64,000 nt of DNA from Methanobacteriota archaeon (GCA_004195515.1 PSPR01000015.1:13609-77608), one strand, 5' to 3'. Positions 46,558-55,807 are shown, counted from the first letter of the stretch. Translations and numbers: made by a program. The notes: generated by a model from the letters alone, not told the origin.

Positions 46558-47369
46558 TTTTTGCCCTCTATACAATACGGGCAACTCACGCCTTGAACGA
46601 AGTGGAGGCTTTTTTGTTCTTCAACACTCAGAGGCTCGCGACAAGCCCAACAGACCTCTGATTTTGTCTCTTGCAAATTACCGTCGACTCCTACCCGGCG
46701 GTCGAAGACGAAACATTCGCCATCCCAATGAGCACCGCCGTTCTGCTCAAAGTAGTTGAGAATTCCACCTTGGACCTGGTAAACCTCTTGGAATCCTTGG
46801 TTCAACATCACCGCACTTGCCTTTTCACAGCGAATGCCGCCGGTGCAGAACATAACCACAGGTTTGTCTTTTGGTAGGTCGCAATTAGCGACCGCTTCAG
46901 GGAATTGTCTGAATGATCTAATATCAAAATCGACCGAATTCTCAAATGTCCCCAATCGAATCTCGTAGTCATTTCGAGTATCCAAAATCGTCACATCCTT
47001 GGCTTGATCAAGCCATGTTTTGAACTCGAGTGGATCGATAATCGCCCCTGTGAATTCATGCGGCTTCACACTCAGGTCTCCCATCGAAATAATTTCCTTT
47101 TTGAGTCTAACATTCATTTTTCTAAATGCGCATTCATCCGATTCAGAATATTTGACCCATATGTCTTCGAACCTTTCGTCTTTACGAATATGGTCGACAA
47201 AGGCATCGATTCTATCACGTTCAGCCGAGAGGAAAATATTGATTCCCTCCGGGGATAAAAGAATCGTCCCCTTGATATTGAGATTATCACAGAATTCTTT
47301 GAGCGGTGCTCTCAGCTGTTCAAAATCCGCCATCTCGGTGAATTTGTAAGCGGAAATATTCGTCCACAT
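46554..47369 (-). CDS. trhO: Rhodanese-domain protein of the UPF0176/YceA family (tRNA uridine(34) hydroxylase TrhO-like)
   Basis: 'Y.F......L......C..L...G.I.L..EGIN', active-site 'CTGGIRCEKAS', C-terminal Cys pairs (CWAC..CPYC). Confidence 0.8.
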   Translation of the reverse strand: MWTNISAYKFTEMADFEQLRAPLKEFCDNLNIKGTILLSPEGINIFLSAERDRIDAFVDHIRKDERFEDIWVKYSESDECAFRKMNVRLKKEIISMGDLSVKPHEFTGAIIDPLEFKTWLDQAKDVTILDTRNDYEIRLGTFENSVDFDIRSFRQFPEAVANCDLPKDKPVVMFCTGGIRCEKASAVMLNQGFQEVYQVQGGILNYFEQNGGAHWDGECFVFDRRVGVDGNLQETKSEVCWACREPLSVEEQKSLHFVQGVSCPYCIEGKK

Positions 47370-47373
47370 AAAT

Positions 47374-47838
47374 TCACGCCGCTTTAACGCCCTCTGGCCA
47401 AAGTACCAGAATTAGGGTTTGACCACGGGTTCTTGGGGTGTGGGTAGTATCGCGCCCCATCCAAACGATAGAACCGGTTGGATAGGTGCCATCCTCATCC
47501 CAGACCTCTCCTTCAAGCACGATGTAAACCTCGCCACCAGGGTGATTATGAGCCATGAATGCATCGACTTCGACATCGCTGACCACGTCATAGAGAACCA
47601 ATGAAGTAGAATCTTCGCGATGAAGTCGACCTAGTCGAACCCCGGTTCCGAATTCTTTCCATTTCACATTCGCATCGATCCAATTTCGGTCGACGCTCAT
47701 CGAGAGCCAATCGGATAAGCCGTGCCAGAAGACCATGTTGTCGGCCAAGTGAGCCGATGGGTTGAACCTTACGATTAGAGGGAACCTCAATATACCGGGG
47801 GGCCTATCACCCCAATAGGGCTTAATGTGAGAAAGCAA
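47374..47838 (-). CDS. Cupin-domain protein (ChrR-like). Start uncertain: TTG 47838 or ATG 47736
   Basis: 'HNHPGGEVYIVLEGEVWDEDG.Y..GS......T.H.P' cupin motifs. Confidence 0.55.
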   Translation of the reverse strand: MLSHIKPYWGDRPPGILRFPLIVRFNPSAHLADNMVFWHGLSDWLSMSVDRNWIDANVKWKEFGTGVRLGRLHREDSTSLVLYDVVSDVEVDAFMAHNHPGGEVYIVLEGEVWDEDGTYPTGSIVWMGRDTTHTPRTRGQTLILVLWPEGVKAA

Positions 47839-48171
47839 CGCGACCTTCCGGTAACGATTTATCGAGTTCTATTATATCTTTCAAGAATGAAAAATCTCGC
47901 TGATGATAAACGCCGTCTCGTTCGGATAGAACGGGCGGTTTGCATAGATCGCAAGGAGCTAAAACCGCTGTTGAATTCATTACAAAACGGGGGGCTGGTC
48001 GAGTCTATTGATACAGGTTTTACCGGTAGAGGCGGTCATAAAATAGTGATTTGGAATATTACCGAAGCCGGGCGAATGTGGAGATCAGACTTGGGAAGAT
48101 TCATCCAATTAGGTCAAAGAATAAACCTCTATCCCGAGGAATTCTTCTATCTTCCCTCCGATTCATTTTAG
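47827..48171 (+). CDS. Small winged-helix-like protein, function unknown. GTG start; alternative ATG at 47887
   Basis: 'RKELKPLLNSLQNGGLVESI' helix plus wing-like 'HKIVIWNITEAGR'. Confidence 0.4.
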   Translation: MRKQRDLPVTIYRVLLYLSRMKNLADDKRRLVRIERAVCIDRKELKPLLNSLQNGGLVESIDTGFTGRGGHKIVIWNITEAGRMWRSDLGRFIQLGQRINLYPEEFFYLPSDSF

Positions 48172-48230
48172 GAGGTTCTTTTACCCCCTATGCCTAACTA
48201 CACCTCCTTATACCCATTAGCACCTTGGCA

Positions 48231-48509
48231 ATGTTCATGGCAGGCAAAAAGGACGTTGACAAGGTCACAACCGGATTATCTGCTTTGATCGATGAATTCA
48301 CCAGTTCTGTCAAAGAATTGGTCAATGCTGGCGAAGAGACAGTCGTCCATCTTGCAGTAGGTGGCGGTCGGATGATCAGCGCTTTGATCGATGCAACAGG
48401 TTCGGTTACCAAAATCGGCATCGAAACCGCAGAAAACATGGTTGGTTCAGTCGCGACCGGTGTGGTTCGAGCTGTAAAAAAACCAAAGAAGGAGGAAGAT
48501 GAAAAATGA
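48231..48509 (+). CDS. Small soluble helical protein, function unknown. First gene of a coupled 3-4 gene cluster
   Basis: ORF with a Lys/Glu tail. Its stop overlaps the next ATG (ATGA). Confidence 0.4.
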   Translation: MFMAGKKDVDKVTTGLSALIDEFTSSVKELVNAGEETVVHLAVGGGRMISALIDATGSVTKIGIETAENMVGSVATGVVRAVKKPKKEEDEK

Positions 48510-48673
48510 TGATTAGAATGATGACAGGAAGTATAATTGCACTAGCAGCAGGTTATATGGTAGGTGTAGCCCATAGTAGCTATCGCCATTATTTCAATAG
48601 ATATGCCGACCGCGAAGATCTTACTCAAACCGGTCCGATTCAAGAAGTAATAATAGTAGGTGAAAAAGAATGA
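48506..48673 (+). CDS. 55-aa single-TM protein, not in the supplied ORF track
   Basis: Translated by hand: MMIRMMTGSIIALAAGYMVGVAHSSYRHYFNRYADREDLTQTGPIQEVIIVGEKE*. GGAGGA 9 nt upstream. ATGA overlaps at both ends. Confidence 0.4.
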   Translation: MMIRMMTGSIIALAAGYMVGVAHSSYRHYFNRYADREDLTQTGPIQEVIIVGEKE

Positions 48674-48852
48674 TTCCAATCATTTTTGGTGCCGGCTTAG
48701 CAATAGCGGCTGGAACCGCTTACGCTCTCGGAAATGGTGCTTCAGCCGGTGCAGGTTATGCATTCGGTAGAAAAACCGGCCGAGTTCTGTGCGAAAAATT
48801 AGATTTCGTAGAATCTCGTCTCAAAGATATGATTACAATTACCAAAGAATGA
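48670..48852 (+). CDS. 60-aa single-TM, glycine-zipper-like protein
   Basis: 'IIFGAGLAIAAGTAYALGNGASAGAGYAFG' hydrophobic Gly/Ala-rich segment. ATGA-coupled to the upstream ORF. Confidence 0.4.
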   Translation: MIPIIFGAGLAIAAGTAYALGNGASAGAGYAFGRKTGRVLCEKLDFVESRLKDMITITKE

Positions 48853-48899
48853 ATTTAATTTCACTCGCATTCAAATGTGAGAACCGGTAGGGGAGATTG

Positions 48900-49688
48900 A
48901 TGGTCGAACCAATTTCCATCCCGGATTTTCCTCCAAGCGATATTTGGGATTCCTATATTTGGTTTTTAATGATACCAATGGTTTTGCGCATGGTATTCCT
49001 CACCAGGCCGTTCATTAAAGTGACAAAACAACTCGCACCACACGGCGGTTGGGTCCTAAAACAAATCAGAGAATTACCGATCAAAGGTTTCGGATTATTG
49101 GCTTTCAATGAAATCCTAGCATTCTTCATTCCGATGTTGCTTGTTTTCGTTCTTCGTCTCAAAAGCGACCCCCTTGGATGGGATGATTGGGCCAGTACCA
49201 ATTCGGTTGGATTAACAATAGTTCTCCTATTTGGTGGTCTGTGGATTTTCTTTGATTTGTTAAGGATTAACCGGGTTCGAGGCATGTTAAAAGCGATTGA
49301 AAAACAAAATATTAAACGCTTACAAAAGGTCGCAGATGTCGGTTTAAAAGCACGAGGTTGGTTGCGAAGATTTGGGAAAAAAGACAAGCCTGAAGACTCA
49401 TCTTCCATAGCAAAGAATTCTTTGAAGACATATGGTTTATTAGCGTTAAAAGCTCGAAAACTTACCCCGGCTGGATTGCTAGGAGCGGTCGCGACAAGTG
49501 CTGCAATCGAGGTTGCAAAGCGTGGTGCAGGCAAGGTTTCGGAAATGATAGATGATAAGATGCAAGAGGAATTCGAGAAGATTTCAGCAGCAAACTCCAA
49601 AACTTTACTATGGTTATTCGCAAGGGATTTGGCGATGGGAATAGGGCCTTTGATGGTGCTTTGGCTTGTTCCTAGTATCTTTGGATGA
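48900..49688 (+). CDS. Polytopic membrane protein, function unknown
   Basis: At least four hydrophobic helices and a basic amphipathic central region. SD-like ggggag upstream. The long antisense ORF (48953..49600) looks non-coding. Confidence 0.5.
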   Translation: MVEPISIPDFPPSDIWDSYIWFLMIPMVLRMVFLTRPFIKVTKQLAPHGGWVLKQIRELPIKGFGLLAFNEILAFFIPMLLVFVLRLKSDPLGWDDWASTNSVGLTIVLLFGGLWIFFDLLRINRVRGMLKAIEKQNIKRLQKVADVGLKARGWLRRFGKKDKPEDSSSIAKNSLKTYGLLALKARKLTPAGLLGAVATSAAIEVAKRGAGKVSEMIDDKMQEEFEKISAANSKTLLWLFARDLAMGIGPLMVLWLVPSIFG

Positions 49689-49731
49689 ACAAGGTTGAAG
49701 GAGTGCAGGCCCGCCCAACGGTCTGAGAATC

Positions 49732-50424
49732 ATGTCCCTTCTCATCTTGATGCGCCACGGCCAATCGATGTGGAACGCCGCAAATCTGTTTACAGGTTGG
49801 GTCGATGTTCCCTTGACCAACAAAGGAATCGAGGAAGCGATTCAAGGCGGAAAAGAGACTTCACACCTACCTATCGACGAGGTACACACCTCTACTTTAA
49901 GCCGCGCACAGATGACCGCGATGCTTGCTTTAGCTCAAAGAACCGACGGCAAAGTCCCGGTGTTCCAATACCCGGAGAGCGAAACTACCGAAGACGGAAA
50001 CGCAGCCAAAATGGCTCGGTGGTCACAATCTAATGATTCGGGCGAAAACACTTTGCCAGTATTTGTTTCTTGGCAATTGAACGAGCGAATGTACGGTGAT
50101 CTCCAAGGGCTTGATAAGCAGGAAACCAGAGATAAGTACGGTGATGACCAAGTTCACATTTGGCGCCGGTCTTACGATATTCCACCACCTAATGGCGAGT
50201 CGCTACAATTGACAGCAGCGCGGACGATTCCATATCTCGAAGAAAAAATCATTCCGGCTTTGGAGGCTGGGAAAAACATCTTCATCGCAGCTCATGGCAA
50301 TTCACTACGCAGTATCGTCATGAGCATTGAGAAATTATCTCGTGAAGAAGTTCTAGGATTAGAAATCCCTACTGGCAAGCCAATAGTGTACGAATTTAAT
50401 AATTCAAATTGGAGTCGAATTTAA
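49732..50424 (+). CDS. gpmA: 2,3-bisphosphoglycerate-dependent phosphoglycerate mutase
   Basis: 'L.LMRHGQS.WN..N.FTGW.DV.LT..G', 'S.L.RA..T', 'ERMYGDLQG.DK', 'AAHGNSLR' histidine-phosphatase motifs. Confidence 0.9.
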   Translation: MSLLILMRHGQSMWNAANLFTGWVDVPLTNKGIEEAIQGGKETSHLPIDEVHTSTLSRAQMTAMLALAQRTDGKVPVFQYPESETTEDGNAAKMARWSQSNDSGENTLPVFVSWQLNERMYGDLQGLDKQETRDKYGDDQVHIWRRSYDIPPPNGESLQLTAARTIPYLEEKIIPALEAGKNIFIAAHGNSLRSIVMSIEKLSREEVLGLEIPTGKPIVYEFNNSNWSRI

Positions 50425-50834
50425 TGGGAATTTCTAGAAAAAAGATTTCTATTTCCATTGCTATTTATCCGATTTTATTGGTGCTAATTCAATTGATGAG
50501 TCTACCTTCAGCCCTCGATATAATGCCAGAATCTTGTCCACCAGATTCTCTGAATTGTGATCACAGAATCATCGCCCTCGAGGTGAGCAACCAAACACTT
50601 GACCAAGCGATGGAAGATTGGCAGTCGAGTTTGATTTTCACCAGTTCTTTTGAGCAAGGCCATATCGTCGACAGGACTCTCTTCATGCAATTCCCAGACG
50701 ATATTTTCTATCAAAATTCCGACCAAGGAATAATTTTACACAGCCAATCCCGGCTTGGAAAATCCGATCTTGGAGTCAATGCGGCTCGAATGGATTCTCT
50801 AGAGGAATTCCTCATCGCATACGAATGGTCCTAG
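50424..50834 (+). CDS. DUF1499-like small secreted protein
   Basis: Signal/TM N-terminus. 'CPPDSLNC' and 'SQSRLGKSDLGVNAARM..LE' resemble DUF1499 conserved blocks. The ATG overlaps the gpmA TAA by 1 nt. Confidence 0.5.
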   Translation: MGISRKKISISIAIYPILLVLIQLMSLPSALDIMPESCPPDSLNCDHRIIALEVSNQTLDQAMEDWQSSLIFTSSFEQGHIVDRTLFMQFPDDIFYQNSDQGIILHSQSRLGKSDLGVNAARMDSLEEFLIAYEWS

Positions 50835-53800
50835 GATTTGTCTAAAATAGACATCGCATCTTTTGTCGCCATCGCCATAGAATCTGGTTCTTCAGCCGAA
50901 TCCTCTTGCCAATCTCTAGCCAGTTGCCCGGCTCGGTCGGTTTGATTAGAATCGCTTTCATCGTTTGTGTCTTCTTCTTCCTCAACTTCTTCTTCATCCC
51001 CCCTCATGATGAAAATAACGAAAGCACCAACTAATAGAAGAGTAACTAGTGCGCCAATCCCAAGTCCAATCGCCATACCCCTTTCATCAGACCCAGCAAA
51101 ATCAACTTTAATTTGACTAGAGTTCCAGAGTGAAGGATCTGCGGGAAATAGGTCAGCGTTTTGGGAGGTATTCCATGGATATGGTGAGTAGATGTCCATA
51201 GGGTCCGACCAACCATCACCATCGGTATCAGGGCAACCCTTGCGGTCATGTGAAGATTCTCCGGCCAAGGTTGGGCAATCATCTATTTCATCTCCGAATC
51301 CATCATCGTCGCTATCGAACCATTGGCCTGGGTCTTGAGGAAATACATCAATTTGGTCCGACCAACCATCGCCATCAGAATCTACGCAACCAATTCTATC
51401 TAGCCAAGAGGTTCCAGCCTCGATAGGACAATCATCCCATGGTTCTGAACTGTTAGAAGCATTCTCATCTTCCCATCCATCGTTATCGAAATCCAAGGGA
51501 GAATTATCAGAATTAGTTCCTCCGGGGAGATAAATTCCAGGCCAATGAGATTTTCTCAATTCCTGTTGGGCCGAATTAATCCAATTATCACCTTGACCAT
51601 CACCGTCGCTATCAGCCCATTGTGACCAATCACTAGGAAATAAATCGCCTTCATCAGACGAACCATCACCGTCGCTATCTAAACATCCAAATCTATCTCT
51701 CCAGGATTCCGCTGAAATCCCGGGACATGAATCACCTTCGAAACCACTTATATTATCTCCAAAACCATCTGAATCATTATCGGTTTGTTGTGTATAATCT
51801 AAGGGAAATTGATCTGGATTATTTCCATTGAGGTTATCGCCCCACCCATCTCCATCCTGGTCGAGGTATTGGGTCGAATCAAAAGGTAGAAAATCCCTTT
51901 GTGTAGCATCGATTGAATTGTTATCACCCCAACCATCGCCATCAGAATCCAAATGTTGAGTCGGATTATTTGCGAACGCATCGGTTACATCCGACCATCC
52001 ATCTCTATCGGTATCAGGACATCCCGGATTATCATAGGAATCGAATCCAGATAAAGTTGGACAAAAATCCATAAATTTAGCATTCACAACATAAATACCA
52101 AGGCCTAAACTCGAATAATAATCTGTCAAATTGTCATCGTTCCAATTATCGCCAAAACCATCGTTATCAGAGTCATTCCACTGAGTTGGTTCTTGTGAAA
52201 ATGAATCACCTTCATTTGACCAACCATCACCATCGTCATCGATGCAGCCAAGTTTATCTTCGGTCGAATTACCCCAAATACCGTAACAATCATCAGTATT
52301 ATCACCGATTAAATCCCCATCGCTATCATTCCATTCTAGCGGGTTATTAGGATGGGAGTCATCATAATCAGAATAACCATCTCCATCAGAATCTACACAA
52401 CCGATAAATGGTGGAATAGTTGCATTTCCCCAAACTGTTGGGCAATCATCATTTTCATTTGCCACCCCGTCATTATCATCATCCTCTACCAATCCTTTCC
52501 ACATGAATACATCAAAATCTCCTGAACTGATAAGGTCGTCAGAGCCGAATTCACCAGGACCACTAATGGTTCCTTTGAATCGACCTGCAGAATAAGTAAT
52601 ATTTTGAGAGTCGGTAGCTACAGCCCAAGCCCGATCTCCCCCACTTGGTCCACCTGCGAGAAAGATTTTTTCCCATTCTCCGTCCAAGGTCGAAGAAAGG
52701 GCTACAACAGCATCAGAAGTACCACTGGAATTAGCCATTAATGTTGTTGCTGAATTTTCAAATGTCGTCATACCAGCGATTTGTCCAGAAGAAAATAATG
52801 TGTTTTCATCGGGGGAAAGCGAAAGTGAAAACCCAAGGTCATCGGAAGGACCACCGCCTTTTTTTGCCCAATTCCACGAACCTCCAAATCCAACTTTTCC
52901 AACCCAAATATCGGTTCCACCAGCATTCGAAGTTAGCCTTTCGTTGCCGAAAGCAGAAAGACTACCATCGAATTCTCCAATCGCATAGACCGAATCTAGA
53001 GAATCAGAGATCAAGTTTCTGACCAGATCCATTCCAGAACCGCCTGCGGGTACAACCCATTGAATCACCCCAGCATCATCAATCATCATTATCCAAATAT
53101 CTCTAGATCCTCCGCTCGAGGATAACATTGCTCCATTTGGAAATTCGACAGTCCCTTCGAAATTGCCGGCTAAATACCAATAATTTCCACTCGGTGAAAC
53201 CGCGATAGCACTTGCAGAATCATAATTTGAGTTCCCCCCCCAACCCAATGCCGAAGTCCATGCTCCATTAGGAGTTAAAAAACCGACCCAAATATCGGCG
53301 GTTCCAAGTGTGCTCTCTTGATACCAATCCCCTTGGCTATCGGTCTGGACCCAAGTTTTACCAGCATAAGATCCAGATACCGATATTGAATTGTTGAAAT
53401 ATTTGATATCGGTTGGGATGACCTGTAAAAATTCTTCTTCATCTTGGCCAGTATTTTGATTGTAATTTGAGATTTTCTTTGAGGTTTTCGCCCAAAGAAA
53501 AGTCCCTTGATTGTTGAGTTTTGCAATAAACATATCGTAACTTGATTGATAATGGCTACTGAGGGATGTAGAGCCAAGAGTTGTGGTAGGACTCGTGCTG
53601 CCTGAGGCATCCATAAAAATTCCGGTAACGTAAATATTTCCTGACCCGTCAATATCTATTCCAATCCCCCAGTCTTCATAGGTTCCATAAATATGACTCG
53701 CCCAAACCCAATGGCCCGTAGCATTCATTTTTGCGACAAAACCGTCCATTCCCCCGTACGAATTAAGAGTGGTATCACCAAATGTTGCAGACCCTGAAAA

Positions 53801-54016
53801 AGAGCCGGTAATATATGAATTTCCAGATGAATCTAGTACCATATCCCATGCCATATCCGAACCGGCTCCACCAGCAGATGTAGCCCAGGAATCCGTATTA
53901 TTTGATGAAACAGATTGATAACTATTTCCTAGGAAACTGTTGCTTGGGACGGTTGAAGCCAATAATGATAACACTATGGCTGCAATGAAAACAAGGGATT
54001 GCTTAGTCGCCATCAT
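50831..54016 (-). CDS. Giant surface protein: signal peptide, SBBP-type beta-propeller repeats, about 15 thrombospondin-type-3-like Ca-binding repeats, TM anchor, acidic cytoplasmic tail
   Basis: 'D.A..I..DSSGN.Y.TG.F.G...FG' SBBP-like units at aa 55-515. DxDxDGxxD units (DSDGDGWSD and similar). TM 'AIGLGIGALVTLLLVGAFVIFIM'. ATG 54016 is preferred over the track's non-ATG start at 54037. Confidence 0.75.
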   Translation of the reverse strand: MMATKQSLVFIAAIVLSLLASTVPSNSFLGNSYQSVSSNNTDSWATSAGGAGSDMAWDMVLDSSGNSYITGSFSGSATFGDTTLNSYGGMDGFVAKMNATGHWVWASHIYGTYEDWGIGIDIDGSGNIYVTGIFMDASGSTSPTTTLGSTSLSSHYQSSYDMFIAKLNNQGTFLWAKTSKKISNYNQNTGQDEEEFLQVIPTDIKYFNNSISVSGSYAGKTWVQTDSQGDWYQESTLGTADIWVGFLTPNGAWTSALGWGGNSNYDSASAIAVSPSGNYWYLAGNFEGTVEFPNGAMLSSSGGSRDIWIMMIDDAGVIQWVVPAGGSGMDLVRNLISDSLDSVYAIGEFDGSLSAFGNERLTSNAGGTDIWVGKVGFGGSWNWAKKGGGPSDDLGFSLSLSPDENTLFSSGQIAGMTTFENSATTLMANSSGTSDAVVALSSTLDGEWEKIFLAGGPSGGDRAWAVATDSQNITYSAGRFKGTISGPGEFGSDDLISSGDFDVFMWKGLVEDDDNDGVANENDDCPTVWGNATIPPFIGCVDSDGDGYSDYDDSHPNNPLEWNDSDGDLIGDNTDDCYGIWGNSTEDKLGCIDDDGDGWSNEGDSFSQEPTQWNDSDNDGFGDNWNDDNLTDYYSSLGLGIYVVNAKFMDFCPTLSGFDSYDNPGCPDTDRDGWSDVTDAFANNPTQHLDSDGDGWGDNNSIDATQRDFLPFDSTQYLDQDGDGWGDNLNGNNPDQFPLDYTQQTDNDSDGFGDNISGFEGDSCPGISAESWRDRFGCLDSDGDGSSDEGDLFPSDWSQWADSDGDGQGDNWINSAQQELRKSHWPGIYLPGGTNSDNSPLDFDNDGWEDENASNSSEPWDDCPIEAGTSWLDRIGCVDSDGDGWSDQIDVFPQDPGQWFDSDDDGFGDEIDDCPTLAGESSHDRKGCPDTDGDGWSDPMDIYSPYPWNTSQNADLFPADPSLWNSSQIKVDFAGSDERGMAIGLGIGALVTLLLVGAFVIFIMRGDEEEVEEEEDTNDESDSNQTDRAGQLARDWQEDSAEEPDSMAMATKDAMSILDKS
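51194..52486 (-). repeat. Intragenic array of about 15 DxDxDG(W/F/Y)(S/G)D calcium-binding (TSP3-like) repeats
   Basis: Counted in the translation, aa 518-948: DDDNDGVAN, DSDGDGYSD, DSDGDLIGD, DDDGDGWSN, DSDNDGFGD, DTDRDGWSD, DSDGDGWGD, DQDGDGWGD, DNDSDGFGD, DSDGDGSSD, DSDGDGQGD, DFDNDGWED, DSDGDGWSD, DSDDDGFGD, DTDGDGWSD. Confidence 0.8.
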
Positions 54017-54056
54017 TGGGGTGGTCGTAATCAACAATTATAAGTTTTCACGCTGA

Positions 54057-54722
54057 TCAAAATACTCTACCATCATCGTCGACGAAGACGACGTTGATGC
54101 CTAATCCGGCTTTGTGGAATGCTATTAATTCGAGTGAATGAATATTATGTCCGGTGATGGCTCGCCCGAGTTTTTTGCGATTATCTCCGATAATTCTGCG
54201 CTCACCTTCGACCCCATCGAACCAAGGCAACGGGCCTTGTGGTGAAAATTGAATTCCTAAAATCAAATCAACCCCATCGGTACTTTGGGCTGCATCTGCG
54301 TCTTGCTCGGAGGGAATTGCTGGGCAATTTGGATGGGTATGAAGCCAATGTGTGAATCGGCCAGCTCTAGGTCCTCGGTCGGTTCCGAAGACTTCGTCGG
54401 TCCATTCTTCTGGCAGATGATGGACCGAAAATGAATCACCACGGTTTACCATTTTAGCCTCATTGATTCGATAGCCTTGACCGGCGAAAAGATTGGTTTT
54501 TTCATTATCTCCTTTAAAATCGATCTCAACAGTGGAAAGGTTTTTTTCCAAACCTACGTCCAAACCTACTAGTATTTCATCTGGAAGCGATTTGAACGCC
54601 CATTCAAGGATTTGTTCGAGAATTGATGCTGGAAAATGGACTTGGCCAACATACTCCTCTCTTTTGTGGTGCGACTCATCGTTGTAAATAGCCAAAGCCT
54701 CGGCTAACCATTCACTCACCAT
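54057..54722 (-). CDS. JAB1/MPN/Mov34 (JAMM) metalloprotease-domain protein
   Basis: 'HTHPNCPAIPSEQD' equals HxHx7SxxD. ATG 54722 is chosen because the longer track ORF (to 55010) overlaps the divergent gene. Confidence 0.7.
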   Translation of the reverse strand: MVSEWLAEALAIYNDESHHKREEYVGQVHFPASILEQILEWAFKSLPDEILVGLDVGLEKNLSTVEIDFKGDNEKTNLFAGQGYRINEAKMVNRGDSFSVHHLPEEWTDEVFGTDRGPRAGRFTHWLHTHPNCPAIPSEQDADAAQSTDGVDLILGIQFSPQGPLPWFDGVEGERRIIGDNRKKLGRAITGHNIHSLELIAFHKAGLGINVVFVDDDGRVF

Positions 54723-54815
54723 GTACTCGCCATTCGTACCAAAGCAATGAAGGCCTCTGTATAATTGACTCTGGTCGGGGAATCTTTGAATAGCCCCAAC
54801 CGAGGTTGAGTTGTC

Positions 54816-55475
54816 ATGGCGAAGAAGAAGGGTGGATTCGGCCGGTTGCTCGGTGCGATTACAGGTAGCCCATATGAGCGTCTTTTGAAGCAGGTCGACA
54901 AGGTCGTAAATGAGGCTTCTAATGACAAGGCTTTGGCAAAAACCTTGAAAAAATTGGTCAAGGTTGTAGGTCAACAATTCGAGGAAGAAAACATCGATGA
55001 TGAAGAACATGACCTATTGCTTGAAGCGATTGAAGATGTGGATCCAGAAGAACGTACATTCAGCAAATTAAACGATGATAGCGAAGAATTCTATTCAGGC
55101 GATGTTCCGGACGCTCCTGAATTAAATGTGGGCAAGCGCAAGAACCTCGATGACTTGATGAAATCCCGAGATGAGTTCGAGGAATATCGCCAATCGATGG
55201 CTGCTGAATTTAATCATCAATCAGATGATGCGATTGCTGCAGGTGATCATCAGGCTGAAATTCGGACTCAGCATCGAGTATTTGCCGATGCCGAGGAAGG
55301 CATCGGTGACCTAAAGAAGCAAATGGCTTCAGAAAGTGGTCTAGATGATCCTAATGCCAAAGGAGATTCTGACTATTATACCGATGATGACGGGGTAGAA
55401 TGGTGGAAAGACGATGAAGGATATTGGTGGTTTAGAGAACCAGGTCAAGCCGATTGGCAACCTCATGATGAATGA
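54816..55475 (+). CDS. Highly acidic hypothetical protein with a Trp-rich C-terminal motif
   Basis: Basic N-terminus (MAKKKGGFGRLL), long D/E-rich helical region, C-terminal 'DDDGVEWWKDDEGYWWFREPGQADWQPH'. Confidence 0.45.
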   Translation: MAKKKGGFGRLLGAITGSPYERLLKQVDKVVNEASNDKALAKTLKKLVKVVGQQFEEENIDDEEHDLLLEAIEDVDPEERTFSKLNDDSEEFYSGDVPDAPELNVGKRKNLDDLMKSRDEFEEYRQSMAAEFNHQSDDAIAAGDHQAEIRTQHRVFADAEEGIGDLKKQMASESGLDDPNAKGDSDYYTDDDGVEWWKDDEGYWWFREPGQADWQPHDE

Positions 55476-55807
55476 GGCCAAAGATCAAGATTTGCTAAAT
55501 CAAATTTGGAAATTCCATAATTTGCACCGTGATTTAACATTGCATTATTTGCTATTGAAGCAGAGCTCATAGCTACAACTATCGGTTGTTTGATGCTTGA
55601 ATTTCTTAGGTTCTTCAAGAGTTCAAGGCCTTTGGTCGGCGGCATATAGTGATCGAGCAACAATATCTCAGGCTCAAAATGTTCAATTCGTTCCAAGTAA
55701 TTTGCTGAATCCCAATATTGTTTGAACTCAATTGAGTTCATTTCAATTCCGCCCGCTAACAATAATGCTTCGATGTCGACACAATCTTCGAAAGCCAAAA
55801 CCCTCAT
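55463..55807 (-). CDS. Stand-alone response-regulator receiver (CheY-like) domain protein
   Basis: 'RVLAFED' (acidic pair), 'ILLLDHYMP' (phospho-acceptor Asp), 'VVAMSS', 'GISKF' (Lys). The ATG at 55807 overlaps the upstream stop. Confidence 0.7.
   Translation of the reverse strand: MRVLAFEDCVDIEALLLAGGIEMNSIEFKQYWDSANYLERIEHFEPEILLLDHYMPPTKGLELLKNLRNSSIKQPIVVAMSSASIANNAMLNHGANYGISKFDLANLDLWPHSS

Noticed and set aside
47827-47838. 12-nt 5'-5' overlap of the divergent cupin and wHTH genes as a special regulatory arrangement
   Set aside because: Both track starts are non-ATG (TTG and GTG). Internal ATGs (47736 and 47887) give more conventional, non-overlapping genes with a 150-nt shared promoter region.
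54723-55010. N-terminal extension of the JAMM ORF to 55010 (317 aa)
   Set aside because: It overlaps the 5' part of the divergent acidic-protein gene (54816..). The sequence is low-complexity-like and non-conserved-looking. The ATG at 54722 leaves a normal 93-nt divergent intergenic region.
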